Shown here: positions 18,857-28,703 of the stretch, piece after piece
How the letters are laid out: every line of letters starts with the position of its first letter
Position numbering within the stretch: the first letter of the stretch is position 1
Sequence record: SRR31156797_4747
Length of the DNA stretch: 34,854 bases
Direction: 5' to 3' (one strand)
Made by a program: the position numbers and the translations under genes
Notes under the pieces: generated by a model
Database searches by the model: none
Seen by the model: only the letters and a program-made list of their open reading frames with translations
What the model was told of the DNA's origin: nothing

Positions 18857-19651
18857 TTAGTTAAGCAGCAAACTATCGTCAGATAACTCTTCACCACGAA
18901 CTTTAGAGAACATTTCCAGTAAGTCAGGCACTTGCATATTCGCGCGCTGCTCACCGGCGACATCCAGTACAATTTCACCCTGGTGTAACATGACGGTTCT
19001 GTCACCACATGCAAGAGCATCTTTCATCGAGTGAGTCACCATCATTACGGTCAGGTTAAACTCTTTAACTATTTTCTTCGTTAAATCAATAATGAAAGCA
19101 GCCATACGTGGGTCTAGTGCCGCAGTATGCTCATCCAGCAACAAAAGCTTACTGTCAGAGAGTGTCGCCATCACCAGACTCACAGCCTGACGTTGACCAC
19201 CCGATAACAGGCCAATATTGTCTCCAAGACGATCTTCAAGACCTAAACCTAAGATACTGATACGCTCTTGGAATAGCTTACGGCGGTCAGTTGAAAGTGA
19301 GTGTTTCCAACCTCGGCGCTTACCACGCATGTAGGCCAGAGCCATGTTTTCTTCTATCGTCAGTGCACCACAAGTGCCCGCTAAAGGATCTTGGAACACT
19401 CGAGCACACAAGCTTGCACGTTGGTCGACACTTCGGCGAGTAACATCAATTTCATCAATATTAACTTGTCCGCCAATCATTGGCGTTTCACCGGTTACTG
19501 CGCCAAGCAACGTAGATTTCCCTGCACCGTTAGAACCAATCACGGTCAGAAACTGATGCTCTGGCACCTGCAAACTCACGCCTCTTAAAGCACGGTTTTC
19601 AAGGATAGTGCCAGGATTGAATGTAACTTGAATATCTTCTAAACGGATCAT
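18857..19651 (-). CDS. ABC transporter ATP-binding protein (COG1101 type)
   Basis: GSNGAGKST, LSGGQRQ, LLLLDEHTAALDP; 4-nt overlap with the permease. Confidence 0.93.
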   Translation of the reverse strand: MIRLEDIQVTFNPGTILENRALRGVSLQVPEHQFLTVIGSNGAGKSTLLGAVTGETPMIGGQVNIDEIDVTRRSVDQRASLCARVFQDPLAGTCGALTIEENMALAYMRGKRRGWKHSLSTDRRKLFQERISILGLGLEDRLGDNIGLLSGGQRQAVSLVMATLSDSKLLLLDEHTAALDPRMAAFIIDLTKKIVKEFNLTVMMVTHSMKDALACGDRTVMLHQGEIVLDVAGEQRANMQVPDLLEMFSKVRGEELSDDSLLLN

Positions 19652-20592
19652 AATGCTTCCCCTGACGTCTTACCCTGCTTAGATACTTCTGAACTCTTAG
19701 CAGGTGCTCTACCCTTTTTTAGCTTTTTGTTCCTTTTCATTTTCGGCATGATTAACGCTAATGCTACCAGCACGGCGGTCACTAGGTTCAGATCGGATGC
19801 TTGTAAACCAAACATGCCCGAACTCAGTGCGAAAGCCACCGCTAAACGGTATAGAACTGAGCCGACGATTACCGCAACAACTGCGACCCAAATTTTACGG
19901 CCAGGAATCAGTGTTTGGCCCAGAATAACCGCCGCTAAACCAACGACGATAGTACCCACACCAGAAGTCACATCAGCAAAGCTGTTGGTTTGAGCGAATA
20001 ACGCGCCAGCAAAACCCACAAACCCGTTAGATAAAGCCAGACAGAAATAAGTATAAAACGCCGTGCTTGCACCTTGTGCAGCGACCATGCGTGCGTTTAC
20101 ACCCGTTGCTCTTAAGCCGAGACCAAAGTCACTGTTTAACAGACGAACCACAAACCAACCGGAGATAAGCACCAATACCGCGACAACAAGCGGACGGATG
20201 AGCATAGGATCACCCATGGTTTCAAATGGCGTCAGAATCGTATCTTCACCAAGTAAAGCCAGGTTTGGACGACCCATAATTCGAATATTGATGGAGAACG
20301 CTGCGATCATGGTTAAGATCGAAGCCAGTAGATGGAGAATTCCACAACGTACAGTAAGAAATGCTGTGACCCAACCCGTCGCGGCACCAGCAATAATAGC
20401 CAGTCCAGTTGCAACCCATGGATTTAAGCCTGAGACAATCGCTGTTGCAGCAACCGCAGCACCCATTGGGAAACTACCGTCGACACTCAAATCGGGAAAA
20501 TCAAGAACTCGGAAAGTCAGGTATACACCAAGTGCAACCAAACCATAAATAAGGCCAACCTCTAGGGCGCCAAAAAACGCAAAAGCAGACAT
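19648..20592 (-). CDS. ABC transporter permease (COG4120 type)
   Basis: Hydrophobic; FRVLDFPDLSVDGSF, GLGLRATG, GTIVVGLAAVILG. Confidence 0.92.
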   Translation of the reverse strand: MSAFAFFGALEVGLIYGLVALGVYLTFRVLDFPDLSVDGSFPMGAAVAATAIVSGLNPWVATGLAIIAGAATGWVTAFLTVRCGILHLLASILTMIAAFSINIRIMGRPNLALLGEDTILTPFETMGDPMLIRPLVVAVLVLISGWFVVRLLNSDFGLGLRATGVNARMVAAQGASTAFYTYFCLALSNGFVGFAGALFAQTNSFADVTSGVGTIVVGLAAVILGQTLIPGRKIWVAVVAVIVGSVLYRLAVAFALSSGMFGLQASDLNLVTAVLVALALIMPKMKRNKKLKKGRAPAKSSEVSKQGKTSGEAL

Positions 20593-20619
20593 ACAAACTC
20601 CCTTTTCTGCTTAAATTAA

Positions 20620-20641
20620 GTTGGCGTACGGCTACGCCAAC
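20620..20641. other. Intercistronic stem-loop after the binding-protein gene
   Basis: Perfect 9-bp inverted repeat GTTGGCGTA-CGGC-TACGCCAAC, no strong U tract; typical mRNA-stabilising hairpin. Confidence 0.6.
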
Positions 20642-20656
20642 CTTTTTCCAATAGCT

Positions 20657-21622
20657 TTATTTTACGCTTGTCGCGCGATCCATAACGGATTTTGGAATAT
20701 TTAAGCCAAGTTTTGTTGCTGCAGTTTTGTTGATAACCAAATCAGAACCTTTAGCGACTTTCACATCAAGTGAGCCTGGTTCTTGGCCTTCTAGGATAGC
20801 GGCAACATATTCTGCGGTTTGAACACCGATTTGGTAGTAGTCAAAGCCAAGGCTAGCAATCGCACCACGTTCAACATACGAGGTAGCGGCACCGAATACT
20901 GGCGTCTTCGCTTGGTTAGCCGCCACAATCATTCCCTCGATGGCACTGGCAACCGTGTTATCAATTAGCGCGTAAATGATGTCTGATTTCGCTGAGATAG
21001 CTTGCGTGGCAGATTGAACATCAGCACTTTTCAAAGCAGTAGCCTCAACCAGTTCAATACCATGTTTTTCAGTAGAAGCTTTCAGTAATTCCATCAAACT
21101 TACTGCATTTGCTTCACCTGGATTGTAAACCACACCAATGGTTTTAACACTTGGCATTAGCTCTTTAATAAGCTCAACGTGCTGTTCAACTGGGGAAAGG
21201 TCAGAAAGACCCGTAACGTTCTTTCCTGGTTTTTCCATAGTTTTAACGAGCTTCGCACCAACTGGATCGGTAACCGCAGTAAATACCACTGGGATTGACT
21301 TAGTAGCAGAAACTAAAGCTTGAGCCGTTGGCGTTGCGATACCAACGAGCACATCTGGATTCTCACCAACAAATTGACGTGCAATTTGCACAGCAATCGC
21401 AGGGTTGCCCTGTGCTGTTTTAAAATCAAATTCTAGGTTTTTGCCTTCTTCATAGCCTTTAGATTTAAGACCATCAAGTAGGCCTTGACGTGTCGCATCA
21501 AGTGCTGGGTGTTCAACGATTTGTGAAACCGCAACTTTGGCGGTTTTAGCCATGATACTGTGGGAAGAAAGTAATGCAGCTCCAGCTAGAACGGCTGTAG
21601 CAATGACTTTGCCTGCTTTCAT
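20657..21622 (-). CDS. ABC transporter substrate-binding protein (COG2984, aromatic amino acid/TrpX-like)
   Basis: Signal peptide; QIVEHPALD, GIATPTAQ, FTAVTDPVGA, NVTGLSD, YNPGEANA, DNTVASA. Confidence 0.9.
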   Translation of the reverse strand: MKAGKVIATAVLAGAALLSSHSIMAKTAKVAVSQIVEHPALDATRQGLLDGLKSKGYEEGKNLEFDFKTAQGNPAIAVQIARQFVGENPDVLVGIATPTAQALVSATKSIPVVFTAVTDPVGAKLVKTMEKPGKNVTGLSDLSPVEQHVELIKELMPSVKTIGVVYNPGEANAVSLMELLKASTEKHGIELVEATALKSADVQSATQAISAKSDIIYALIDNTVASAIEGMIVAANQAKTPVFGAATSYVERGAIASLGFDYYQIGVQTAEYVAAILEGQEPGSLDVKVAKGSDLVINKTAATKLGLNIPKSVMDRATSVK

Positions 21623-21813
21623 CTTAACTCCTTGATTTAAAGCATATTGTATAAAATGTTGTGTGTTGTTTTTATTTATTGTGCATCTTTTTATGTTTCT
21701 GATGCACTTATGAACATTATTACCAATAACTAAGCGTAAAGGGAAGAAAGATTTAACAGTGAAATAACAAAATGAAGAGGAGAATAGCGGGTTTTGTTCA
21801 AAAACGAGAACAA

Positions 21814-21833
21814 CGCACTAGTTTACTAGTTCG
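21814..21833. promoter_or_regulatory. TrpR operator-like palindrome
   Basis: Minus strand CGAACTAGTAAACTAGTGCG matches the E. coli trp operator core CGAACTAGTTAACTAGTACG at 18/20. Confidence 0.75.
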
Positions 21834-21872
21834 TAATGACTGACAGTTTTAATGTCAAGCCGTGGAGACAAC

Positions 21873-21903
21873 AAAAAAGCCCTATGTGAAACATAGAGCT
21901 TTT
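21873..21903 (-). terminator. yfbV terminator
   Basis: AAAAGC-C-CTATGT-GAA-ACATAG-A-GCTTTT hairpin (G:U pair on the minus strand) with U tract. Confidence 0.75.
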
Positions 21904-21934
21904 CTTACGTTGCTGATGAAAGCGAAAAGTTGAA

Positions 21935-22387
21935 CTAGAACCAGCGATCGAGTGCTGATTTATCAAGCTGTCTAAACGCTCGGTTCAGAACTTGAGCGAG
22001 CTCTTTATAACGGGGCTTCGATTTGATCGGTTCAAGAGCCGAACCCGTTTCTAATATTTTAGCGTGAATTTCTCTGTACCAACCTGCCAATGCTGGCGGT
22101 AACTGCGTATTCGCTCGATTCCCCAACCACCACATGCCTTGTAAAGGAAGGCTAATCGCAAATAATGCAACAACAACTGATTGTGGCATGGCTTGAAGAT
22201 TATTAAAGCTCATTTGAGTTAGCACACTGATTGCTGCAACGGCTGGCATCACTTTTATACCAAAACGCGTTGCCTTTATAATACGTGCTTCCGGAAAAAG
22301 TAAATTCAGCTCTTTCCTCATCGGCCAAGTCTGCATGTATTTCTGGCCATCTTTCAAGCTGTGGATGATTCCAACTTTATTGTTCAT
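21935..22387 (-). CDS. yfbV: UPF0208 membrane protein YfbV (MatP-associated)
   Basis: [32 protein letters not shown]; divergent from ackA as in other gammaproteobacteria. Confidence 0.92.
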   Translation of the reverse strand: MNNKVGIIHSLKDGQKYMQTWPMRKELNLLFPEARIIKATRFGIKVMPAVAAISVLTQMSFNNLQAMPQSVVVALFAISLPLQGMWWLGNRANTQLPPALAGWYREIHAKILETGSALEPIKSKPRYKELAQVLNRAFRQLDKSALDRWF

Positions 22388-22504
22388 GCCACTACCTCAC
22401 TCTTTACTTACCCGCCCATTTTTGGCGAAACGCTAAAAAATAGTTGAATAGTTCAACAAATAACGCAAAAATTTGACAAAAGCTAATATCGTTTCAAATT
22501 TTTT

Positions 22505-22533
22505 TTGTTATATTACCCCATTATCGCTATCCT
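22505..22533 (+). promoter_or_regulatory. Candidate sigma70 promoter of ackA
   Basis: TTGTTA-N17-TATCCT. Confidence 0.4.
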
Positions 22534-22747
22534 TTGCGGACTCTCAATCTCATTGTTGCTGTTATTTACAATTTAGGCAACTTTAAGACATTTCTGCCAA
22601 GGAATGCAGCCGACGATTTCAATGAAGAAGTCTCGTCTCAAGATAAGGAAATTTAAGCTTTATTGATTAAGATTAGTACTATTTGCCTTTGCATCTACTA
22701 TTCTTTTCATTGATTTTGTCCTAACCGATTATTACAGGTAGTCACAC

Positions 22748-23944
22748 ATGTCTAAGCTAGTTTTAGTTTTAAACTGCGGTAGTTCTTCTCTTAAGTTCGC
22801 TATTGTTGATGCACAAAATGGCGACGAGCACCTAACAGGTCTTGCAGAATGCCTTCACCTTCCTGAAGCACGTATCAAATGGAAACTTGATGGTAAACAC
22901 GAAGCACAACTTGGTGATGGTGCTGCTCACGATGAAGCACTATCTTTCATCGTTGAAACTATTCTTGCTTCTAAGCCAGAACTTGCTGCACAACTTAAAG
23001 CAGTTGGTCACCGTGTTGTACACGGCGGCGAGAAATTTACTCAATCTGTTCTTATCGACGATGCCGTTCTTAAAGGTATTGAAGACTGTGCAACTCTAGC
23101 ACCACTTCACAACCCTGCAGCAATCATCGGTATTAAAGCAGCGCAAAAAGCATTCCCTGGTCTTCCAATGTCTGCTGTTTTCGATACAGCATTCCACCAA
23201 ACAATGCCTGAAGAAGCGTACCTATACGCCCTTCCGTACAACCTATACAAAGAGCACGGTATCCGTCGCTACGGTATGCACGGTACTTCTCACCTATTTA
23301 TCGCTCGCGAAGCTGCTGAGCGTCTAGGTAAGCCTGCAAACGAACTAAACATCATCAACTGTCACCTAGGTAACGGTGCTTCAGTTTGTGCAATCAAGAA
23401 CGGTCAATCTGTAGATACTTCTATGGGTCTAACTCCTCTTGAAGGTCTAGTTATGGGTACTCGTTGTGGTGATATCGACCCTGCGATCATTTTCCACCTA
23501 CACGACGCGCTAGGTTACTCTGTTGAACAAATCAACACGATGCTAACTAAAGAGTCTGGCCTTCAAGGTCTGACAGAAGTGACTTCTGACTGTCGTTTCG
23601 TTGAAGACAACTACGGTGAGAAAGAAGAAGCAACACGTGCAATGGACGTGTTCTGTCATCGTCTAGCAAAATACGTTGCTGGTTACACTGCAACTCTAGA
23701 AGGTCGTCTTGACGCTATCGTATTTACTGGTGGTATCGGTGAAAACTCTGCACCAATCCGTGAAATGGTTCTTAACCGTCTAGCAATTTTCGGCATCAAC
23801 GTGGATAGCGAGGGTAACCTTAAAGCACGTTTCGGTGGCGAAGGTGTAATTACTACCGCAGACAGCCGCATCCCAGCAATGGTTATCTCTACTAACGAAG
23901 AACTAGTCATTGCAGAAGACACCGCTACTCTAGCAAGTCTTTAA
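22748..23944 (+). CDS. ackA: Acetate kinase
   Basis: [48 protein letters not shown]. Confidence 0.99.
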   Translation: MSKLVLVLNCGSSSLKFAIVDAQNGDEHLTGLAECLHLPEARIKWKLDGKHEAQLGDGAAHDEALSFIVETILASKPELAAQLKAVGHRVVHGGEKFTQSVLIDDAVLKGIEDCATLAPLHNPAAIIGIKAAQKAFPGLPMSAVFDTAFHQTMPEEAYLYALPYNLYKEHGIRRYGMHGTSHLFIAREAAERLGKPANELNIINCHLGNGASVCAIKNGQSVDTSMGLTPLEGLVMGTRCGDIDPAIIFHLHDALGYSVEQINTMLTKESGLQGLTEVTSDCRFVEDNYGEKEEATRAMDVFCHRLAKYVAGYTATLEGRLDAIVFTGGIGENSAPIREMVLNRLAIFGINVDSEGNLKARFGGEGVITTADSRIPAMVISTNEELVIAEDTATLASL

Positions 23945-23952
23945 TTATCTCT

Positions 23953-23985
23953 TCTGGCTAACCAATCGGTTAGCCAGATTTCTTT
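23953..23985 (+). terminator. Terminator-like hairpin between ackA and pta
   Basis: Perfect 11-bp stem TCTGGCTAACC-AATC-GGTTAGCCAGA then TTTCTTT. Confidence 0.7.
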
Positions 23986-24087
23986 AGGGGCTTAACTTTT
24001 ATTCATTTATCAATACTCAGTTAAGCTTTATATCAATCCAATCTATATTTATTTAGATTGCATCCAATAGTTTGAGGTACCTTACAG

Positions 24088-26232
24088 ATGTCCCGTACTA
24101 TTATGCTTATCCCAATCAGTGCTGGTGTTGGTTTAACCAGTGTGAGCATGGGTATTTTGCGCGCTATGGAGCGCAAAGGCGTAAGCGTTTCTTTCTATAA
24201 ACCTATCGCTCAACCTCGTTCAGGTGAAGATCAGCCAGATCTAACATCAACTATCATCGGTCGTAACAGTGACATTAAAATTGCTGAACCTGTACCAATG
24301 TCGACAGCTGAGACCCTTATCGGCTCAGAAAAAACAGACGAACTACTAGAAACGATTGTTGAACGTTACAACCAAATCAATTCAGATTCTGAAGTGACTC
24401 TAATTGAAGGTTTAGTACCGACACGTAAACACCCATTCGCAAACCAAGTGAACGCAGAAATTGCTGCTACACTTGGCGCTGAGATTGTTTTCGTTGCAAC
24501 GCCTGGTACTAACAACCCGACACAGTTGAAAGAGCGTATCGAGATCGCTTGTTCAAACTTTGGTGGTACTAAAAACAAGAACATCAAGGGTGTGATCATC
24601 AACAAGCTCAACGCGCCTGTTGATGAAGCTGGCCGTACTCGTCCAGACCTGTCTGAAATGTTTGATGACGCAGACAGTGCAATTCAAACTAACCTTGAAG
24701 TGATGCAAATCTTCAACTCTAGCCCAATTCGTGTTCTTGGCTGTGTGCCTTGGAACATCGAACTGATTGCGACTCGCGCAGTTGATATGGCTAAACACCT
24801 AAATGCAGAAGTTATCAGCGCAGGTGAAATCAACACTCGTCGTGTTAAGAGCATTACTTTCTGTGCGCGTTCAATCCCTCACATGATTGAACACTTCAAG
24901 CCAGGTTCACTACTAGTAACGTCAGCAGACCGTCCAGACGTAATCGTTGCGGCGTCTCTAGCAGCAATGAACGGCGTGGAAATCGGTGCGGTACTTCTTA
25001 CTGGTGGTTACGATATCCCTTCTGAAATCGTTGACCTATGTAAGCCTGCATTCGAATCTGGCCTGCCAATCTTCAAAGCTCAGGGCAACACATGGCAAAC
25101 TTCTCTGAACCTTCAAAGCTTCAGCCTAGAAGTTCCAGCAGACGATAAAGAGCGTATCGAGTTCATCAGTGAGCACGTAGCGAGCCACATCGACGGTCCT
25201 TGGATTGATTCTCTAACAGAAGGCACTCAAGGTATTCGTCGTCTAAGCCCACCAGCATTCCGTTACCAGTTAACTGAATTTGCTCGTCGCGCTGGCAAGC
25301 GTATCGTTCTTCCTGAAGGTGATGAGCCACGTACAGTTAAAGCTGCGGCTATCTGTGCTGAGCGCGGTATCGCAACTTGTGTGCTTCTAGGTAACCCTGA
25401 TGAAATCCGTCGCGTTGCAGCACAACAAGGTGTTGAGCTAGGCGCTGGCGTTGAAATCATTGATGCTGATGCGGTTCGCAACAACTACGTAGATCGCCTA
25501 GTTGAACTACGCGGCGCGAAAGGCATGACTGAAGTTGTTGCTAAAGAGAAACTGGAAGATTCAGTATTCCTTGGCACAATGATGCTTGAAGCTAACGAAG
25601 TTGATGGCCTGGTATCTGGTGCTGTTCACACAACGGCGAACACTATCGTGCCTCCGTTCCAGATCATCAAGACTGCGCCAAACGCGTCTATCGTATCGTC
25701 AATCTTCTTCATGCTTCTGCCTGATCAAGTATTGGTATACGGTGACTGTGCAATCAACCCAGATCCAACCGCTGAACAGCTTGCTGAAATCGCGATTCAA
25801 TCTGCTGATTCTGCAGCGGCATTCGGTATCGACCCACGCGTTGCAATGATCTCATACTCTACTGGTGAATCTGGTAAGGGTGCTGACGTTGATAAAGTAC
25901 GTGAAGCAACTCGCCTGGCTCAAGAGAAACGTCCTGACCTAGTGATCGATGGTCCTCTACAGTACGACGCAGCAATCATGGAAAACGTAGCCGCTTCTAA
26001 AGCGCCTAATTCTCCAGTTGCTGGTAAAGCGACAGTATTCGTATTCCCAGACCTAAACACGGGTAACACGACTTACAAAGCGGTACAGCGTTCAGCAGAC
26101 CTAGTATCTATCGGTCCAATGCTGCAAGGTATGCGCAAGCCAGTGAACGACTTGTCTCGTGGCGCACTAGTAGACGATATCGTTTACACCATCGCTCTAA
26201 CAGCTATTCAAGCTGACCAAGAAGCAAAATAA
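24088..26232 (+). CDS. pta: Phosphate acetyltransferase (long form with DRTGG domain)
   Basis: [12 protein letters not shown]...[34 protein letters not shown]. Confidence 0.99.
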   Translation: MSRTIMLIPISAGVGLTSVSMGILRAMERKGVSVSFYKPIAQPRSGEDQPDLTSTIIGRNSDIKIAEPVPMSTAETLIGSEKTDELLETIVERYNQINSDSEVTLIEGLVPTRKHPFANQVNAEIAATLGAEIVFVATPGTNNPTQLKERIEIACSNFGGTKNKNIKGVIINKLNAPVDEAGRTRPDLSEMFDDADSAIQTNLEVMQIFNSSPIRVLGCVPWNIELIATRAVDMAKHLNAEVISAGEINTRRVKSITFCARSIPHMIEHFKPGSLLVTSADRPDVIVAASLAAMNGVEIGAVLLTGGYDIPSEIVDLCKPAFESGLPIFKAQGNTWQTSLNLQSFSLEVPADDKERIEFISEHVASHIDGPWIDSLTEGTQGIRRLSPPAFRYQLTEFARRAGKRIVLPEGDEPRTVKAAAICAERGIATCVLLGNPDEIRRVAAQQGVELGAGVEIIDADAVRNNYVDRLVELRGAKGMTEVVAKEKLEDSVFLGTMMLEANEVDGLVSGAVHTTANTIVPPFQIIKTAPNASIVSSIFFMLLPDQVLVYGDCAINPDPTAEQLAEIAIQSADSAAAFGIDPRVAMISYSTGESGKGADVDKVREATRLAQEKRPDLVIDGPLQYDAAIMENVAASKAPNSPVAGKATVFVFPDLNTGNTTYKAVQRSADLVSIGPMLQGMRKPVNDLSRGALVDDIVYTIALTAIQADQEAK

Positions 26233-26278
26233 TTGAACTTGTAACATTTGTTACAATTTAATTTACAAACTTGTTAAT

Positions 26279-26312
26279 AAAGCCCGCTACTTTCGTTGCG
26301 GGCTTTTCTTTT
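26279..26312 (+). terminator. pta terminator
   Basis: AAAGCCCGC-N10-GCGGGCTTT followed by TCTTTT. Confidence 0.85.
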
Positions 26313-26428
26313 ATCTGCGAGAATCTCTCCGAAATCGACGATAAGTGTCGAAAAATCCTACATATTTAATGAATACAAATAAATATAATACTGCAAACAA
26401 TAATATCCTTTCCTGATACTCTTACATT

Positions 26429-27535
26429 ATGAATTTATTAAAAAAAACTCTTATCGCTAGCACTGTTCTAGCAAGCTTTTCTGCGTATTCTGCCGGTGTA
26501 CTACTCCACGAACTTGGTAACAACGATCTAGGTCTAGCGGCTGCTGGTAAAGCCGCTCGAGCACAAGATGCGTCTGTTATGGCCAATAACCCTGCTGGTT
26601 TATCCAACGTTGAAGGTCAATCTTTTACTGGCGGACTGATGGCGCTTTATGGAGATACCGAATACCAAATGGATAAAGTTGGTAGCGCTGGCAATATCGT
26701 GGGCTTCGTACCACTAGGCTCTGCTTTTTATAGCCAACAAATGAACGACAAGGTAACCCTAGGTATCGGTGTTTACGGTAACTACGGTCTAGGTCTTAAC
26801 TTCGATAACTTCTTTGTCGATAAAGCGATTACTCAAGCATTAACTATCCAACCTACCGCCTCTTACCGAGTCAATGACCAATGGTCTATTGGTGCGGGCT
26901 TGGGTATTCAATATGGCATGTTTGATCTCGAAGCAAGTGGTACTCAAGTAGATGATACTGACATCGCTTACAACGCTAAGCTCGGTATTCTTTTCTCACC
27001 AAATGACAGCACGCGTTTTGGTTTGGGTTACTCATCTGAAACGGAATTAGAGTTTGATGTTGTCGCTTTAGGTCAGCCTGTTGATCCAGCGGTAATGCCA
27101 CAAACATTGACCTTTAGTGCTTTCCATCAGCTCAACGACAAGTTAGCGATCATGGGGAACTTAGGCTGGGAAGACTGGAGCGAGTACGAGACTTTCACCA
27201 AGACTCCAACCCAAGACACATACCATATTGCCGTAGGCTCTCGTTACCAAGTCAACGATAAAGTGACTTGGAACGCTGGTGTCGCTTTCGATACTGGTCT
27301 TTATAAAAGTCAGTCTAGCGGTGATTTTACCATTCCAACCGGCGATGCATGGCGTATTGGTACAGGTGCTGAGTATCTGCTTAATGATGGCAGCACTGTT
27401 GGGTTAGCTTTCGAAGTTGTGTTACTGGAAGATTCTGAAGTTAACGCTACCGCATTCGGTGAATATGGTGATGGTAGCTTTAGCGACCCTACTCTGTATT
27501 TCTTAACCGCAACTTACAGCTGGTCAGGAAAATAA
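26429..27535 (+). CDS. FadL/OmpP1/TodX-family outer membrane channel
   Basis: Signal peptide, hatch start AGVLLHE, GLAAAGKAARAQDAS, conserved NPA (NNPAGL), alternating beta-strand pattern. Confidence 0.88.
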   Translation: MNLLKKTLIASTVLASFSAYSAGVLLHELGNNDLGLAAAGKAARAQDASVMANNPAGLSNVEGQSFTGGLMALYGDTEYQMDKVGSAGNIVGFVPLGSAFYSQQMNDKVTLGIGVYGNYGLGLNFDNFFVDKAITQALTIQPTASYRVNDQWSIGAGLGIQYGMFDLEASGTQVDDTDIAYNAKLGILFSPNDSTRFGLGYSSETELEFDVVALGQPVDPAVMPQTLTFSAFHQLNDKLAIMGNLGWEDWSEYETFTKTPTQDTYHIAVGSRYQVNDKVTWNAGVAFDTGLYKSQSSGDFTIPTGDAWRIGTGAEYLLNDGSTVGLAFEVVLLEDSEVNATAFGEYGDGSFSDPTLYFLTATYSWSGK

Positions 27536-27550
27536 GTCGACATTTCATGC

Positions 27551-27579
27551 AAAAGCGCATCCCTAAGATGCGCTTTTTT
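27551..27579. terminator. Bidirectional terminator between convergent genes
   Basis: AAAAGCGCATC-CCTAA-GATGCGCTTTT(TT). Confidence 0.85.
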
Positions 27580-27585
27580 GTTTCT

Positions 27586-28524
27586 CTAACCACGGCCGTG
27601 AGGCGAATCTAAATCTAGCTCTGGACCAACAGGCACGACTTGAGTTGGATTTATGCCAGTATGGCTGAAGTAATAGTGACGTTTGATATGATAAAAGTCC
27701 GTCGTCTCTTTTACTCCCGGAATTTGATACAACTCTTTCATGTATCCCTGGATATTCGGGTAATCGACAATACGTTTCTTATTGCACTTAAAGTGTCCGA
27801 CATAGACCGCATCAAATCGAATCAGCGTGGTAAACAGCCGCCAGTCGGCTTCAGTCAAATGGCTTCCCACCAGATAACGATTAACAGCTAGATGCGCTTC
27901 GACTTTATCCAGTGCAGAGAACAAAGAGTCATACGCCTCTTCATAGGCTTCTTGAGAGGTTGCAAAACCACAACGATAAACACCGTTGTTAATGTTTGGG
28001 TAAATGAACTCATTCCATTCATCTATCGCCCCTCGCAACTCCTGTGGGTAGTAATCTTCTTCATTGCCCGTCAGTTCGTTAAATGCACTGTTGAACATCC
28101 GAATAATTTCTGACGACTCATTGCTGACGATGGTTTGCGTTTTCTTATCCCAAAGCACTGGCACCGTTACTCTGCCGCTGTAGTCATGTTTTGCTTGAGT
28201 ATAAATTTGATGAAGTTTTGTGTGCCCGAACAGAGGCTCTGGAATGCCGAATTTCCAGCCGTGTTCTAACATATCAGGGCACACAACGGTGACATCGATG
28301 AAATCACTTAAGTTTTTCAGCTGACGAAAAATCAGTGTGCGATGAGCCCAGGGACAAGCAAGTGACACATACAAGTGATAGCGGCCAGCCTCTGGCTTGA
28401 ATTGAGCGTCTGCACTGTTTTCGATCCAACTACGAAATCCGGCGTCTTCACGTACAAACTTACCGCCTGAGCTCTTAGTATCGTACCAAACGTCATGCCA
28501 AACCCCTTCGACTAGCTTACCCAT
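27586..28524 (-). CDS. yqjG: Glutathionyl-hydroquinone reductase (GST omega/Xi-like)
   Basis: GRYHLYVSLACPWAHR, GRVTVPVLWDKK, VSNESSEIIR, NNGVYRCGFA, HIKRHYY. Confidence 0.92.
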   Translation of the reverse strand: MGKLVEGVWHDVWYDTKSSGGKFVREDAGFRSWIENSADAQFKPEAGRYHLYVSLACPWAHRTLIFRQLKNLSDFIDVTVVCPDMLEHGWKFGIPEPLFGHTKLHQIYTQAKHDYSGRVTVPVLWDKKTQTIVSNESSEIIRMFNSAFNELTGNEEDYYPQELRGAIDEWNEFIYPNINNGVYRCGFATSQEAYEEAYDSLFSALDKVEAHLAVNRYLVGSHLTEADWRLFTTLIRFDAVYVGHFKCNKKRIVDYPNIQGYMKELYQIPGVKETTDFYHIKRHYYFSHTGINPTQVVPVGPELDLDSPHGRG

Positions 28525-28648
28525 TGCTCACCTCATCACTGTTTTTTATGTTTAGTTCATTATAAGTAACACACAAAACAGACTCACTCAGGGTAATTTG
28601 GCTTAGTCATTCAAAAATTTCGAAGCTATGCGACTTTTCCTTGGGCAC

Positions 28649-28703
28649 AAAAAAAGCGCGACCCAAAAGGGAGCCGCGCTTCTGCCCGTCACAGGCTGAA
28701 TAA
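28649..28703 (-). ncRNA. oppZ: OppZ-type 3'UTR-derived small RNA including the opp operon terminator
   Basis: After the oppF stop: AU-rich site, seed UUCAGCCUGUGAC (28688-28700), GC-rich terminator and U7. Seed is complementary to the oppB leader (32553-32565). 5' end is approximate. Confidence 0.8.

Noticed and set aside
18653..18886. 77-aa plus-strand ORF in the DGC-ABC spacer
   Set aside because: No recognisable motif; overlaps the ABC terminator and ATPase 3' end in antisense; probably spurious.
20063..20548. 161-aa antisense ORF and the other short antisense or nested ORFs in the track
   Set aside because: Shadows of well-supported genes, with no motifs or RBS evidence.
21680..21720. 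Mini-ORFs MFISASET and MHNK in the ABC leader as attenuator peptides
   Set aside because: No Trp/Phe/Tyr runs, no RBS and no downstream terminator.
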